Source: a bacterium
GTDB lineage: Bacteria > Eisenbacteria > RBG-16-71-46
Length of the DNA stretch: 64,000 bases
Assembly: GCA_043779265.1 (NCBI GenBank)
Contig: JAYWEM010000001.1
Coordinates: forward strand, 19,717-83,716
Direction of reading: 5' to 3'
Below are positions 8,481 to 17,553 of the stretch, piece after piece. The stretch's first letter is position 1. Every line of letters starts with the position of its first letter. The notes beneath the pieces are model-generated. The model was not told the DNA's origin, searched no databases, and was given only the letters and a program-made list of their open reading frames with translations. The position numbers were made by a program, and so were the translations under genes.

Positions 8481-10034
8481 TTGGCGGCTGAGACACGGGA
8501 TTTCACCGAAGCGGACCGGGCCCAACTGGCCGAGCGGGGCATCTCCGAGCCCGAAGCGGCCCGTCAACTCGGGCTGCTCGCGACTCCGCCGCCCCAGGCG
8601 GTACTCGTCCGTCCGTGCACGTTGGGCGATGGCGTACGACAGATCGAGCTCGCCGAGCGCGCTGAACTGATCGCCGCCCACGCCGAGGCCGCCTCCGCCG
8701 GGCGCATCCGTTCGTTCATCCCCGCATCGGGCGCGGCCTCGCGCATGTTCAAGGACCTGCTCGCGGCCCAGGCGCTTCCGACGTCGATCACGCCAGCCGA
8801 GGTCCGGGCTCTGGCGGCCGAGGGCCGTTCCGATGCCGCATCGCTCGCGCAACTCGCCGAGTTGCTGCCGCGCTTCGCATTCGCCGAGCGCCTCGCCGAG
8901 CAGTTGCGCTCACGTGGACTCGATCCCACGAAGGTGTCGAGCGATGGGCCGTGGCAGGCACTGCTCTCGGCGTTGCTCGATACCGACGGCCTCGACTACG
9001 CGAACGCCCCCAAGGGCCTCCTGCCGTTCCACCGCAACCATGGCGTCACGCGCACGGCGTTCGAGGAACATCTGAGAGAGGTGCCCGAAGTCGCGAGCGA
9101 CAAGGCCGGGCGGGCGCGGATCCACTTCACCGTCTCGAGCGAGCATCGCGAGCGCTTCGAACGGGCGTTCGCCCGCAGTCGAGGTGCGCTCGACTTCGGC
9201 GCCAGTGTCCAGGATGTGAGCTTCTCCGAGCAACTCCCGGCGACTGACACATTGGCGGGAGCAGTCGGGGGTGGAGCATTCCGCGACGATGCGGGGCGGC
9301 TCGTGTTCCGGCCTGCGGGACATGGCGCGCTGCTCGCCAACCTCCATGCGCTCTCGGCCGACCTCGTGTTCATCAAGAACATCGACAACGTCGCGGTGCA
9401 GGCGCTGAGAGGCGAGGGCGTGATCTGGGCCAAGCTCCTGCTGGGGTTGGTGGCGCGCTATCACGCCCGAGGCGGGGCGCTCGCTGCGAGGCTCCGCGCG
9501 GGTGATGCCTCGGCGGCGAGCGACGCGGCAGCGTTCCTCGCGGAGACCACGGGTGAAGCGCTCCCCTCGGACGCGGACGTGAACGCCTGGTTGCTGGCAC
9601 GGTTTGCGCGGCCGTGGCGCGTGGCGGGCATGGTGCCCAATACGGGCGAACCGGGCGGCGGACCCTTCTGGGTGCGCGGCGAGGGCGGCGCCGTGACGGC
9701 GCAGATCGTCGAGAGCGCCCAGGTCGACATGGGGAACCCGCAGCAAGGGGACAGATTCCGCCACGGCACGCACTTCAATCCCGTGTTCATCGCCTGCGCC
9801 CTTCGCGGTACCGACGGACAGAGCGTGACACTCGATCGCTTCGTCGATGACGCAGCCGTCATCGTGACGCGCAAATCGCATGGCGGTCGCGACCTGCTGG
9901 CGCTCGAGCGGCCGGGTCTGTGGAACGGCGCCATGGCGAGATGGAACACGGTGTTCGTCGAAGTGCCGCTCGCTGTGTTCACGCCGGTCAAGACGGTGTT
10001 CGACTTGCTGCGGCCGGAGCATCAGGGCGACTGA
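8481..10034 (+). CDS. DUF4301 family protein (nucleotide-diphospho-sugar transferase/UGPase-like fold)
   Basis: 'FIPASGAASRMFKDL', 'PKGLLPFH', 'FRPAGHGALL', 'FIKNIDN', 'GEPGGGPFWV', 'ALERPGLWNGAM', 'FTPVKTV'. TTG start after GGGAGGG. Confidence 0.85.
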   Translation: MAAETRDFTEADRAQLAERGISEPEAARQLGLLATPPPQAVLVRPCTLGDGVRQIELAERAELIAAHAEAASAGRIRSFIPASGAASRMFKDLLAAQALPTSITPAEVRALAAEGRSDAASLAQLAELLPRFAFAERLAEQLRSRGLDPTKVSSDGPWQALLSALLDTDGLDYANAPKGLLPFHRNHGVTRTAFEEHLREVPEVASDKAGRARIHFTVSSEHRERFERAFARSRGALDFGASVQDVSFSEQLPATDTLAGAVGGGAFRDDAGRLVFRPAGHGALLANLHALSADLVFIKNIDNVAVQALRGEGVIWAKLLLGLVARYHARGGALAARLRAGDASAASDAAAFLAETTGEALPSDADVNAWLLARFARPWRVAGMVPNTGEPGGGPFWVRGEGGAVTAQIVESAQVDMGNPQQGDRFRHGTHFNPVFIACALRGTDGQSVTLDRFVDDAAVIVTRKSHGGRDLLALERPGLWNGAMARWNTVFVEVPLAVFTPVKTVFDLLRPEHQGD

Positions 10035-10053
10035 GGGGGGCTTCAGCCCGCCA

Positions 10054-12078
10054 TCAGCCGCCCATCAGTAGCACCGCACTGAGCGGCCCGGCCTCGTAGT
10101 GCGTGAGTCCCTCGAGCGGGCTGGCATCCTCGGGATCCGTCCAATCGAGGGGCGAGGCGAGTGAGGTGTCGGCGAGCCGCTTCCAACCCTCGCCCGCGTC
10201 GGGCGAGGGCAGTTCGAAGCGGCCGGCCTCGCCCGCTCCATTGAGGATCAGCAGCAGGTCGCGTTCGCCTTCGAGCCCGACCAACTGCATGACGAGCTGC
10301 CTCGAGTGATCCGACCAGTCGGCGTGCATCGCGCGCTCGCCGTGCCACATGACCGAGCCCGGGCCGGCGTGCGAGTGATCGAACCAGTCGCGTCGCCTCA
10401 GGCTGGGCGTGGCGCGGCGCAGCCGCATCAGCCCCCGCACGAAGCGATGGAACGCGTCACGCTCGCGGCTCGGGCTCCAGTCGAACCAGAAGCCGGGGGA
10501 GTCCTGGCAGTAGGGATTGTTGTTGCCCTGCTGGGTGCGAAGCCGGTCGTCGCCGTAGAGCCAGAGGACCGAGCCCTGCGAGCACAATTGCGTGATGGCG
10601 AGATTGCGCGCCCGCCTCAGTCGCACCTGCCGGATGTGCGCGTCCGCGGTCGGGCCCTCGTGCCCGGAGTTCCAACTCATGTGGTCGTCCGTGCCGTCGC
10701 GGTTGTCCTCGCCATTGGCCATGTTGTGCTTGCGCTCGTAGCTGACCAGGTCGGCGAGCGTGTAGCCATCGTGCGAGGTGAGGAAGTTGGTGCTGTGCCC
10801 CGGGCGTCTCGCTCCGGCGTACAGGTCACTCGATCCGGTGAGTCGCGTGCCGAGAGGTCCCACATGCCCGATGCCCGTCCAGAAGCGCCGCACGTCGTCG
10901 CGGAATCGACCGTTCAACTCGGCCCAGCGACCGTGGTGCGGGAAGCGCCCGACCTGATAGGCGCCGATGTCCCAGGCTTCCGCGATCAGCTTGCAGTGCG
11001 CCAGCCGCGGATCCTCCGAGATGCGGCGGATCAGTGGCGGATCGCTCAGCTCGCGGCCCTCGGTGTCCCGCGTCAGCGTCGTCGCGAGATCGAACCGGAA
11101 GCCATCCACTCGCAGCACGTTCGCCCAGTGGACGAGCGCTTCGACGATCTGGTCCTGCATCACGTCGCTCTGGCAGGCCACGGTGTGGCCGCAGCCCGTC
11201 GTGTCACGGTCGCGGCCCTCGCCATCGACCAGGTAGTAGCCCGGTCGATCGAAGCCCTTCCAGCTCAGCGCCGGCTGCGCCCGGCTGCCCTCGCCCGTGT
11301 GATTGAACACCACATCGAGCAGCACCTCGATCGAGGCGGTGTGGCAGGCGCGCACCAGCGTGCGGAACTCATCGAGGGCGCCCTGCGCGGTTCCCGCCGC
11401 GCTGTAGCCGGTCTTGAGTGCGAAGAACGACAGCGGATCGTAGCCCCACACATTGAGCAGTCGCTCGCCCGTCAGGGGATTCGTTCGGCTGATGGCGGTC
11501 TCATCGAACTCGGCGACCGGCATCAACTGGATCGCCGTCACGCCGAGATCGATCAATCGCGGCAGCACCTCGATCAGTCCGAGGTAGGTGCCGGGGTGCG
11601 CGACGCCGCTCGAGGGGTGCCGCGTGAACGATCGCACGTGCGTCTCGTGGATGATCGTGTCGGCGAGCGGCGTGTCCGGATGTCGATCGCCCTGCCAGTC
11701 GAACGCCAGCTCCGCGATCTGCGAGCGGAGCGAACGGCCCGAGGGCTCCCGCTGCCCCCACGACTCGCCACCCGCGACGAGAAGGCCGCAGGGATCGAGC
11801 AGCAGGGCGCTCGGGTCGAATCCCTCGCGAGGGCCCGCAGGACCCGCGAGTCGCCAGCCGTACTGTTGGCCGACCGTCGCTCCGGGCACGTGCACCTGCC
11901 ACAGTCCGGACACGCTGCGGTGCGAGTCCTCGAGCGCGATCTCGCGGTCGGGGTTGCCGGAGCGATCGAACAGCTGCAGTCGCACCGAGGTGGCATTCGG
12001 CGCATGCACGCGGAAGTGCACGCCATCTGGAGTCCGCTCGCTTCCCGGTCGAGTCACGTGCGTGAGCCTAGCGGCCAC
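10054..12078 (-). CDS. glgX: Glycogen debranching enzyme / isoamylase (GH13)
   Basis: CBM48-like N-terminus; 'WGYDPLSFFA', 'DVVFNHT', 'DGFRFDLA', 'IAEAWD', 'TSHDGYTLADLVSY', 'QQGNNNPYCQD'. Confidence 0.93.
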   Translation of the reverse strand: MAARLTHVTRPGSERTPDGVHFRVHAPNATSVRLQLFDRSGNPDREIALEDSHRSVSGLWQVHVPGATVGQQYGWRLAGPAGPREGFDPSALLLDPCGLLVAGGESWGQREPSGRSLRSQIAELAFDWQGDRHPDTPLADTIIHETHVRSFTRHPSSGVAHPGTYLGLIEVLPRLIDLGVTAIQLMPVAEFDETAISRTNPLTGERLLNVWGYDPLSFFALKTGYSAAGTAQGALDEFRTLVRACHTASIEVLLDVVFNHTGEGSRAQPALSWKGFDRPGYYLVDGEGRDRDTTGCGHTVACQSDVMQDQIVEALVHWANVLRVDGFRFDLATTLTRDTEGRELSDPPLIRRISEDPRLAHCKLIAEAWDIGAYQVGRFPHHGRWAELNGRFRDDVRRFWTGIGHVGPLGTRLTGSSDLYAGARRPGHSTNFLTSHDGYTLADLVSYERKHNMANGEDNRDGTDDHMSWNSGHEGPTADAHIRQVRLRRARNLAITQLCSQGSVLWLYGDDRLRTQQGNNNPYCQDSPGFWFDWSPSRERDAFHRFVRGLMRLRRATPSLRRRDWFDHSHAGPGSVMWHGERAMHADWSDHSRQLVMQLVGLEGERDLLLILNGAGEAGRFELPSPDAGEGWKRLADTSLASPLDWTDPEDASPLEGLTHYEAGPLSAVLLMGG

Positions 12079-12111
12079 GTGCGGGAGGTGCCAACGGGCA
12101 AGTCCGGTGCT

Positions 12112-14622
12112 TCAGCGGAGTCGCGCGATGCGCGTCGAGCGCACGCCCGTCTCCGTCACGAGCCTCGCCAGATAGAGGCCCGGCGCGAGCAGGCGGCCAT
12201 CCGCGCCACGCCCATCCCAGCGCACGAGATGCTCGCCCGGGGCATGAACGCCGCGGGCGAGTGAGGCGACTTCGCGACCGGCCAGATCATGCACGCTCAG
12301 CGAAGCCGCGCCCGCTCGCGCCAGCGAGAAGCGCAGCGTCGTCTCGCCCGATGCTGGATTCGGCCACGGCGCCGAGAGTCGGAGCGAGCGATCCGACAAG
12401 GCGGACGGCGCATCCACCAGCGCGGCGGGGCCCAGCACCAGCAGGCCCATCGCGGGCAGCGCGACCTCGATCGACTGATTGAAGCCGTCCCACGAGATCG
12501 GTTCGGTCGAGAGCAGTCCTGGGTTCACGGGGCCGGCTCCCATGTAGGCCGGGGCCTGGCTGTTCACCAACTCGCTCCATCCGCCCGCGATCGGCATGCC
12601 GACTCGCACCGTGAGCGGGCTGTTGGCGAACGAGGCGATCACCATGACCGACTGGCCGCTGCCATCGAAGCGGCGGAAGGCGATCCAGTTGGCGCCCTCA
12701 TCGACCCGCGACACGTAGATGCTGCTGGAGGCGCGCAGCGGCGCGATCGATCGCCGAAGCTGCATCAGCTGCTGGTGATAGGCGAAGATGCCCGCGTAGG
12801 TCGTCTTCTTGCCCCAGTCGATGCGGTTGCCGGGATCCGTGCCGAAGTCAGCGCTCTCGAGCCACTCGTCACCCTGCAGCAGCGCCGGGACGCCGGGAGC
12901 GGTGAGCAGGAGTCCGGTCGCGAGCTTCATGCGGCCCTTGGCGTACTGGTCGTCGTGCGGGGCCGTGGTGTCGATGGTCTTCACCAGCCGCTGTCCGCCA
13001 CTCGTCGGCCAGGCCTCGTCGTGGAGCTGGAAGTAGTTGAGCGCCTTGCGCCCGCTGATCGCCGCGCCGCTGCCCAACAGCGCCGAGCGGATCGAGTTCA
13101 TGTTCGGGTCGCCAAGGCCCGCCGCGAGGATCGCTCCCCGCACCGCGTCACGGAACTGCATGTGGTACTGCGCATCGAACCCGGCACCGCCGCCCGACGT
13201 GGGCGAGGAGGTGGCGGCATTGTTCGGCAACTGCTCCGCGACGACGAACGCCTCGCCGCGGCGGCGGTCGATCTCATCATTCATCCGCTGCATCAGCGAC
13301 CAGCCGGCGGCCGACTGCGCGCCGATCGTCATGTACGACGTGGCGTCCATGCGGAAGCCGTCCAGCCGGTACTCCTCCAACCACAGCAGCGCACTGTCCG
13401 CGAAGTAGTCGCGCACCGCGGCGCGATCGAAGTCCGCCTGGGCACCCCACGGCGTGTCGATGTGCGGCGTGTCGAAGTACTGTTGCGAGCCGTCGTAGTT
13501 CCACAGCCAGTTGCTGTCGACCGTGAAGTGGTTCCACACGATGTCGAGCGTGACCGCGATGCCGTTCGCGTGGAAGCGGTCCACCATGTACTTGAGGTCA
13601 TCCGGCGTCCCGTACTTCCACTCGGCGGCCCACTGGGTGATCGGGTTGTAGCCCGCCGAGAGGTCGCCGGGGAACTCGGTGATGGGACACAGCTGCACGC
13701 AGTTGATGCCGAGCGCCGCCAACTGGGGGGCGCGATCGCCCGCCGCCCGGTAGCCGCTCGGATGCGCGACGCCGCCCTGGGGATCGTTGAGGCCCGAGAA
13801 CGTGCCCAAGTGGAGCTGATAGACGATGAGCGATTCGGCATCCGGGGTCACGAATGAATCGCTCGTCCACACATAGCGCAGCGGATCCTCGATGTGCGTG
13901 TTGCGATCGCTCTGCGCGTTCAGCGAGCGGCCGCGTGCGTCCATGTTCCACGTCAGGTTGTTGAAGAAGTACTTGTACTCCGAACGATCCGCGACGCCCG
14001 CGGCACGCACCACGAAGTGCTCGCCCTGTTTGATCATCGGGGTGCCGAGTCCCCACGCGTTGAAAGCGCCTCGGACATGGGCTGTCGTGCTGGTGGGCGC
14101 CCAGACCTTGAAGACCGCGCCGCTTCCGCTCACCCGCGTCGCTCCGACCGGAGCGTGCGACAGCGTCGCGAAGTCGACGACGAAGTCGCTCCCGACCGGC
14201 ACGCCGTCGGTGACGCCTGCGAACGAGAGGTAGTCGAGGTCGCCGCCGTCCTGGAGCTCGACGTGATACGTCACGAGTGCGGTCGGCAGCGTCGCCGGCA
14301 CGTTCGCCGACCAGATGTCGTAGAACCCGCGCGTGCCCACCTTGGCCGCCTCGATCACCACCGGCGCCCCGGCCACGGTGGCGCGGACCCGGGCCGAGCT
14401 CAGGTCATTGCGGTAGGCCTGGAATCGGACCGCGAAGGATTCGCCATCGACCGGGCAGAGCGGGCGGCGATCGAGACGCTCGATATGCGAGAGCCCATTC
14501 CACTCGATGTTCCCGTCATTGCCGGCCGCGTGCGCCGCCTGCATTCCAGCCGGCAGAAGGGCCAGCCCCGCGATCAGCAGGGGCAGGGCGAGCGAAGCGT
14601 CTCGAGCGCGCGGTCGGGGCAT
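12112..14622 (-). CDS. Secreted GH13 alpha-glucan-active enzyme (branching enzyme/TreZ-like catalytic domain, CBM48) with FlgD-Ig tail
   Basis: Signal peptide (…LAL LPAGMQAAHA); 'FKVWAP', 'DIVWNH', 'DGFRMDAT', 'VAEQL', 'LHDE'; tail 'PNPASG...WDGRGADGRLLAPGLYLARL'. Confidence 0.85.
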   Translation of the reverse strand: MPRPRARDASLALPLLIAGLALLPAGMQAAHAAGNDGNIEWNGLSHIERLDRRPLCPVDGESFAVRFQAYRNDLSSARVRATVAGAPVVIEAAKVGTRGFYDIWSANVPATLPTALVTYHVELQDGGDLDYLSFAGVTDGVPVGSDFVVDFATLSHAPVGATRVSGSGAVFKVWAPTSTTAHVRGAFNAWGLGTPMIKQGEHFVVRAAGVADRSEYKYFFNNLTWNMDARGRSLNAQSDRNTHIEDPLRYVWTSDSFVTPDAESLIVYQLHLGTFSGLNDPQGGVAHPSGYRAAGDRAPQLAALGINCVQLCPITEFPGDLSAGYNPITQWAAEWKYGTPDDLKYMVDRFHANGIAVTLDIVWNHFTVDSNWLWNYDGSQQYFDTPHIDTPWGAQADFDRAAVRDYFADSALLWLEEYRLDGFRMDATSYMTIGAQSAAGWSLMQRMNDEIDRRRGEAFVVAEQLPNNAATSSPTSGGGAGFDAQYHMQFRDAVRGAILAAGLGDPNMNSIRSALLGSGAAISGRKALNYFQLHDEAWPTSGGQRLVKTIDTTAPHDDQYAKGRMKLATGLLLTAPGVPALLQGDEWLESADFGTDPGNRIDWGKKTTYAGIFAYHQQLMQLRRSIAPLRASSSIYVSRVDEGANWIAFRRFDGSGQSVMVIASFANSPLTVRVGMPIAGGWSELVNSQAPAYMGAGPVNPGLLSTEPISWDGFNQSIEVALPAMGLLVLGPAALVDAPSALSDRSLRLSAPWPNPASGETTLRFSLARAGAASLSVHDLAGREVASLARGVHAPGEHLVRWDGRGADGRLLAPGLYLARLVTETGVRSTRIARLR

Positions 14623-14687
14623 GGGCAGGTCCTCAGCGAAGGTGGATGCAGCCGCGTTGGGGGGGTGAGTCTGACAGAACGACGGAA

Positions 14688-14709
14688 CCCCGGTCCAGAA
14701 GGACCGGGG
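14688..14709 (-). terminator. Hairpin downstream of msrB
   Basis: ccccggtcc-ttct-ggaccgggg followed by ttccgtcgtt on the minus strand. Confidence 0.55.
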
Positions 14710-14745
14710 CCCGTGTGTGTCCGTTCCACCACTAGAGGGCCGCAC

Positions 14746-15330
14746 TCACATGGACGGAACGAACGACAGCGAAGCGGAGTTGATGCAATAGCGCAGACCG
14801 GTGGGATCTGGTCCGTCATCGAAAACGTGGCCCAGGTGGCCCTCGCAGCGAGCGCATTCGACTTCGATGGCCATCCCACCGAAGTGGGCATCGGGTTTCT
14901 CGATCACGTGCGCGGCGGCGATGGGTTTCCAGAAGCTCGGCCAGCCGGTCCGTGAGTCGAACTTGGTCTTCGAGCTGAACAGTCGGAGTCCACACCCGGC
15001 GCAACGGAACATGCCGGAGCGGTACTCCTTCCAATAGGCACCCGTGAAAGCGTGTTCGGTGCCCTCCTCGCGGAGGACGCGGAACTGCTCGTCGTCCAGC
15101 CGCGCCCTCCATTGCTCCGGCGTGAGCTGCAATTGCCCCACGGCGGAGTCACGCTTCGCGGACACCGAGGCGCGCTCACCCTTACCGGCGGTCGCCTTCG
15201 ATGCCGCGTGGACGCTGAAACCCAACGCCAGCGCGATCAGCGCGGCGGCGGTCAGCAGTCCCATCGAGAATCGGATCTTCAAGGTCGTCTCCTTCATTCG
15301 CGGGGCGGGGTGCTTCTCGCCCTCGTTCAC
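14746..15330 (-). CDS. msrB: Peptide-methionine (R)-S-oxide reductase with N-terminal signal/membrane anchor
   Basis: 'GTEHAFTG', CxxC pairs, 'KFDSRTGWPSF', 'GHLGHVFDDGP', 'RYCINSASL'. Start could be 15297. Confidence 0.93.
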   Translation of the reverse strand: MNEGEKHPAPRMKETTLKIRFSMGLLTAAALIALALGFSVHAASKATAGKGERASVSAKRDSAVGQLQLTPEQWRARLDDEQFRVLREEGTEHAFTGAYWKEYRSGMFRCAGCGLRLFSSKTKFDSRTGWPSFWKPIAAAHVIEKPDAHFGGMAIEVECARCEGHLGHVFDDGPDPTGLRYCINSASLSFVPSM

Positions 15331-15453
15331 TCTACGAAGAAGTGTGACGATTGAGATGCGCCAGTCGCTTCAGGATTGTCCCGGCCGGGTGAAATCCGCC
15401 CGAAGTTCAGGCAGCGTGAACCGGGAGCGGGCGACTCGCTGCCATCCGGTGAC

Positions 15454-16095
15454 TCAGGCGGCGGAGGCCAGGTCGTTGCGACGCACGTAGAGATCCATCT
15501 CATCGCGCGTGAATTCCTCCCACAGGCGGCCACTGTCGTGCAGCTGCACGAACGCATTGACCACATCGGGGAAGAACTGGGTGCCGGCGTGGCGCTTGAG
15601 TTCGTCGCATGCGGCACGAGGCGAGAGTCCCCGGCGGTAGGGGCGGTCCTCGGTCATGGCGTCATAAGCGGCACACGCCATCACGATGCGCGCTCCGACC
15701 GGGATGCGATCGGCCGACAGCTTCGAAGGATACCCGGCGCCATCCGGTCGCTCGTGATGAGCGAGCACGATCTCGGCGGCGACCTCGAGACCCGGGATGT
15801 CCTTGAGCATCTCCCAGCCGATCGTCGGGTGGGTCTGCACCATCGCGCGCTCGGCCGGATCCAAGGCCCTCGGGCGAAGCAGAACGTCGTTGAGGATCGC
15901 GTTGCGACCGAGGTCGTGGAGCATGGCACCCAGCTCGATGTCGAGCAGCTCATCGCCGGGGACGCCCAACTCGCGCGCCACTCGAACGGAGTACCGCGCC
16001 ATGCGCAGCGAGCGACCGCGGGTGGTGGACTCGCTGGCGTCGATGACCGACGTCAGGGCGCGGACGGTGAGCGAGAGGGGTGTGCGCGGGTCCAT
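15454..16095 (-). CDS. Stand-alone HD-GYP domain protein (partly degenerate)
   Basis: 'LHDLGR', 'HHERPDGAGYP', 'RPYR'. GGAGG RBS before ATG 16095. Confidence 0.88.
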   Translation of the reverse strand: MDPRTPLSLTVRALTSVIDASESTTRGRSLRMARYSVRVARELGVPGDELLDIELGAMLHDLGRNAILNDVLLRPRALDPAERAMVQTHPTIGWEMLKDIPGLEVAAEIVLAHHERPDGAGYPSKLSADRIPVGARIVMACAAYDAMTEDRPYRRGLSPRAACDELKRHAGTQFFPDVVNAFVQLHDSGRLWEEFTRDEMDLYVRRNDLASAA

Positions 16096-16153
16096 GGGTC
16101 CTCCGGGCGAGGCGGGCCGAGAAACGGACCGCGTCTCAGTGGGTTCCCACGCG

Positions 16154-16181
16154 GTATCGGCCACGTCGGCACCGGACTTCA
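16154..16181 (-). promoter_or_regulatory. Putative sigma-28 promoter of the HD-GYP gene
   Basis: TGAAG-N15-GCCGATAC on the minus strand. Confidence 0.65.
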
Positions 16182-16220
16182 GCCCCCTCGAAGGAGGGGC
16201 GCACCGGCGCATGGAATCAC

Positions 16221-16248
16221 TCAAGCCATTCCGCTCAAGTGCCGATTT
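16221..16248 (+). promoter_or_regulatory. Putative sigma-28 promoter of the GAF-HD gene
   Basis: TCAAG-N15-GCCGATTT. Would give an almost leaderless mRNA for ATG 16259. Confidence 0.55.
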
Positions 16249-16258
16249 CACCGGCATC

Positions 16259-17500
16259 ATGGCCCAGCCCCAGCCCCCAGATCCCCTGCGTCCGGATCGC
16301 CTCTCGCCTCAGGCCGAGGAGGCGGCGGATCACACCATCCTCGCGGCGCGTCCCATCTCCGAATGGGTCGACGTGCAGGGGAAGGTGGTGCGCTCGGATG
16401 CCCGCATCGCCGAGCTGATGCTGGGACTGGTGAGCGAGACCTCCGCGGCCCGCACGGACGAGCGTCGGCTGCTCGAGGTCATCGCCGACTTCGCCTTCCG
16501 TGCCTTTCCCAATGCGACGCATCATCTGCTGATCGCGCTCGAGGACGATGCCGTGCTGCGTCCCCTGCTCGCGCGTACGCGAGGTGGTGGGCCGGCGCCG
16601 GCCACGATCAGCCGGACGCTCGTCCAGCGCGTGCTGGCCGATCGCCAGGCGATGCTGGTGGCGCATGGGCAGGGAGCCTTCGATCCGACGCAGAGCATGG
16701 TGCTGTCCCAGATGGAGACCGCCATCGCGGCGCCGCTGCTTGGCAGCCGGCTGCCGCTGGGTGTCATCCAGATGGACATCCGCCGTCCGGGTAAAGGCCG
16801 TTTCGGTCGCGAGGACCTGGACCTCCTGTCGGTCTTCGCCAGCCAGGCCGCGCTGGCGCTGGAACATCTTCGGATGCATCAGCAGCAGCGGCGCGCGTTC
16901 CAGAGCACGATCGGTGCGCTGGTGCACTCCCTCACGCTCAAGGACCCGGATGCGGCGCTCCACAGCGAGCGCGTCCAGGCCGTCGCCGTCGCGATCGGAC
17001 AGCACCTCGGACTGACCGGGGACTCACTGCAGATCCTCTCGGTGGCCGCGCTGTTGCACGATCTCGGCAAGCAGGGTGTCCGCGATGAGGTGCTGTTCAA
17101 GGCGGGCCGGCTCACCGAGAACGAGCGCGCCGAGATGGATCATCACGCCGCTTACACGCAGACCATCCTCGACAAGATCGAGTACCCCGAGGAGCTTCGC
17201 GATGTGCCGCGGATCGCCGCCTACCATCACGAGAAGCTCGACGGCACCGGTCCCTTCGGGGTGGCGGGCGAGGACATCCCGATGGCGGCGCGCATCATCT
17301 CCGTCGCCGATGTGTTCGACGCGCTGATCTCGCCTCGCGTCTACAAGCAGCCGCTCGCTCCGGCCGCGGTGCTCGACGTGCTCGAGCGCGGACGCGACGT
17401 GGACTGGGACGGCAGCATCATCGATGCCCTGCGCAGCGTCGTGCTGAACGTGCTCGAGGAGACGTACGGCATGGACGAGGACGGGCAGCTGGCCGCCTGA
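16259..17500 (+). CDS. GAF + HD-GYP-like phosphodiesterase
   Basis: GAF region 'ISRTLVQRVL...AIAAPL...GVIQMD...DLDLL'; HD region 'HSERV', 'LHDLGK', 'HHEKLDGTGPF', 'VADVFDAL'. Alternative start 16211. Confidence 0.88.
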   Translation: MAQPQPPDPLRPDRLSPQAEEAADHTILAARPISEWVDVQGKVVRSDARIAELMLGLVSETSAARTDERRLLEVIADFAFRAFPNATHHLLIALEDDAVLRPLLARTRGGGPAPATISRTLVQRVLADRQAMLVAHGQGAFDPTQSMVLSQMETAIAAPLLGSRLPLGVIQMDIRRPGKGRFGREDLDLLSVFASQAALALEHLRMHQQQRRAFQSTIGALVHSLTLKDPDAALHSERVQAVAVAIGQHLGLTGDSLQILSVAALLHDLGKQGVRDEVLFKAGRLTENERAEMDHHAAYTQTILDKIEYPEELRDVPRIAAYHHEKLDGTGPFGVAGEDIPMAARIISVADVFDALISPRVYKQPLAPAAVLDVLERGRDVDWDGSIIDALRSVVLNVLEETYGMDEDGQLAA

Positions 17501-17553
17501 GGCTGTGGGGGCAGTGCTGAATCGGGGCTTCCGAAGATGGAAGCGCGCGGCGC

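Noticed and set aside
10306..13857. Long plus-strand ORFs 10306-12264 and 12289-13857
   Set aside because: Antisense shadows of glgX and the GH13 gene, typical of high-GC codon bias; no recognisable motifs.
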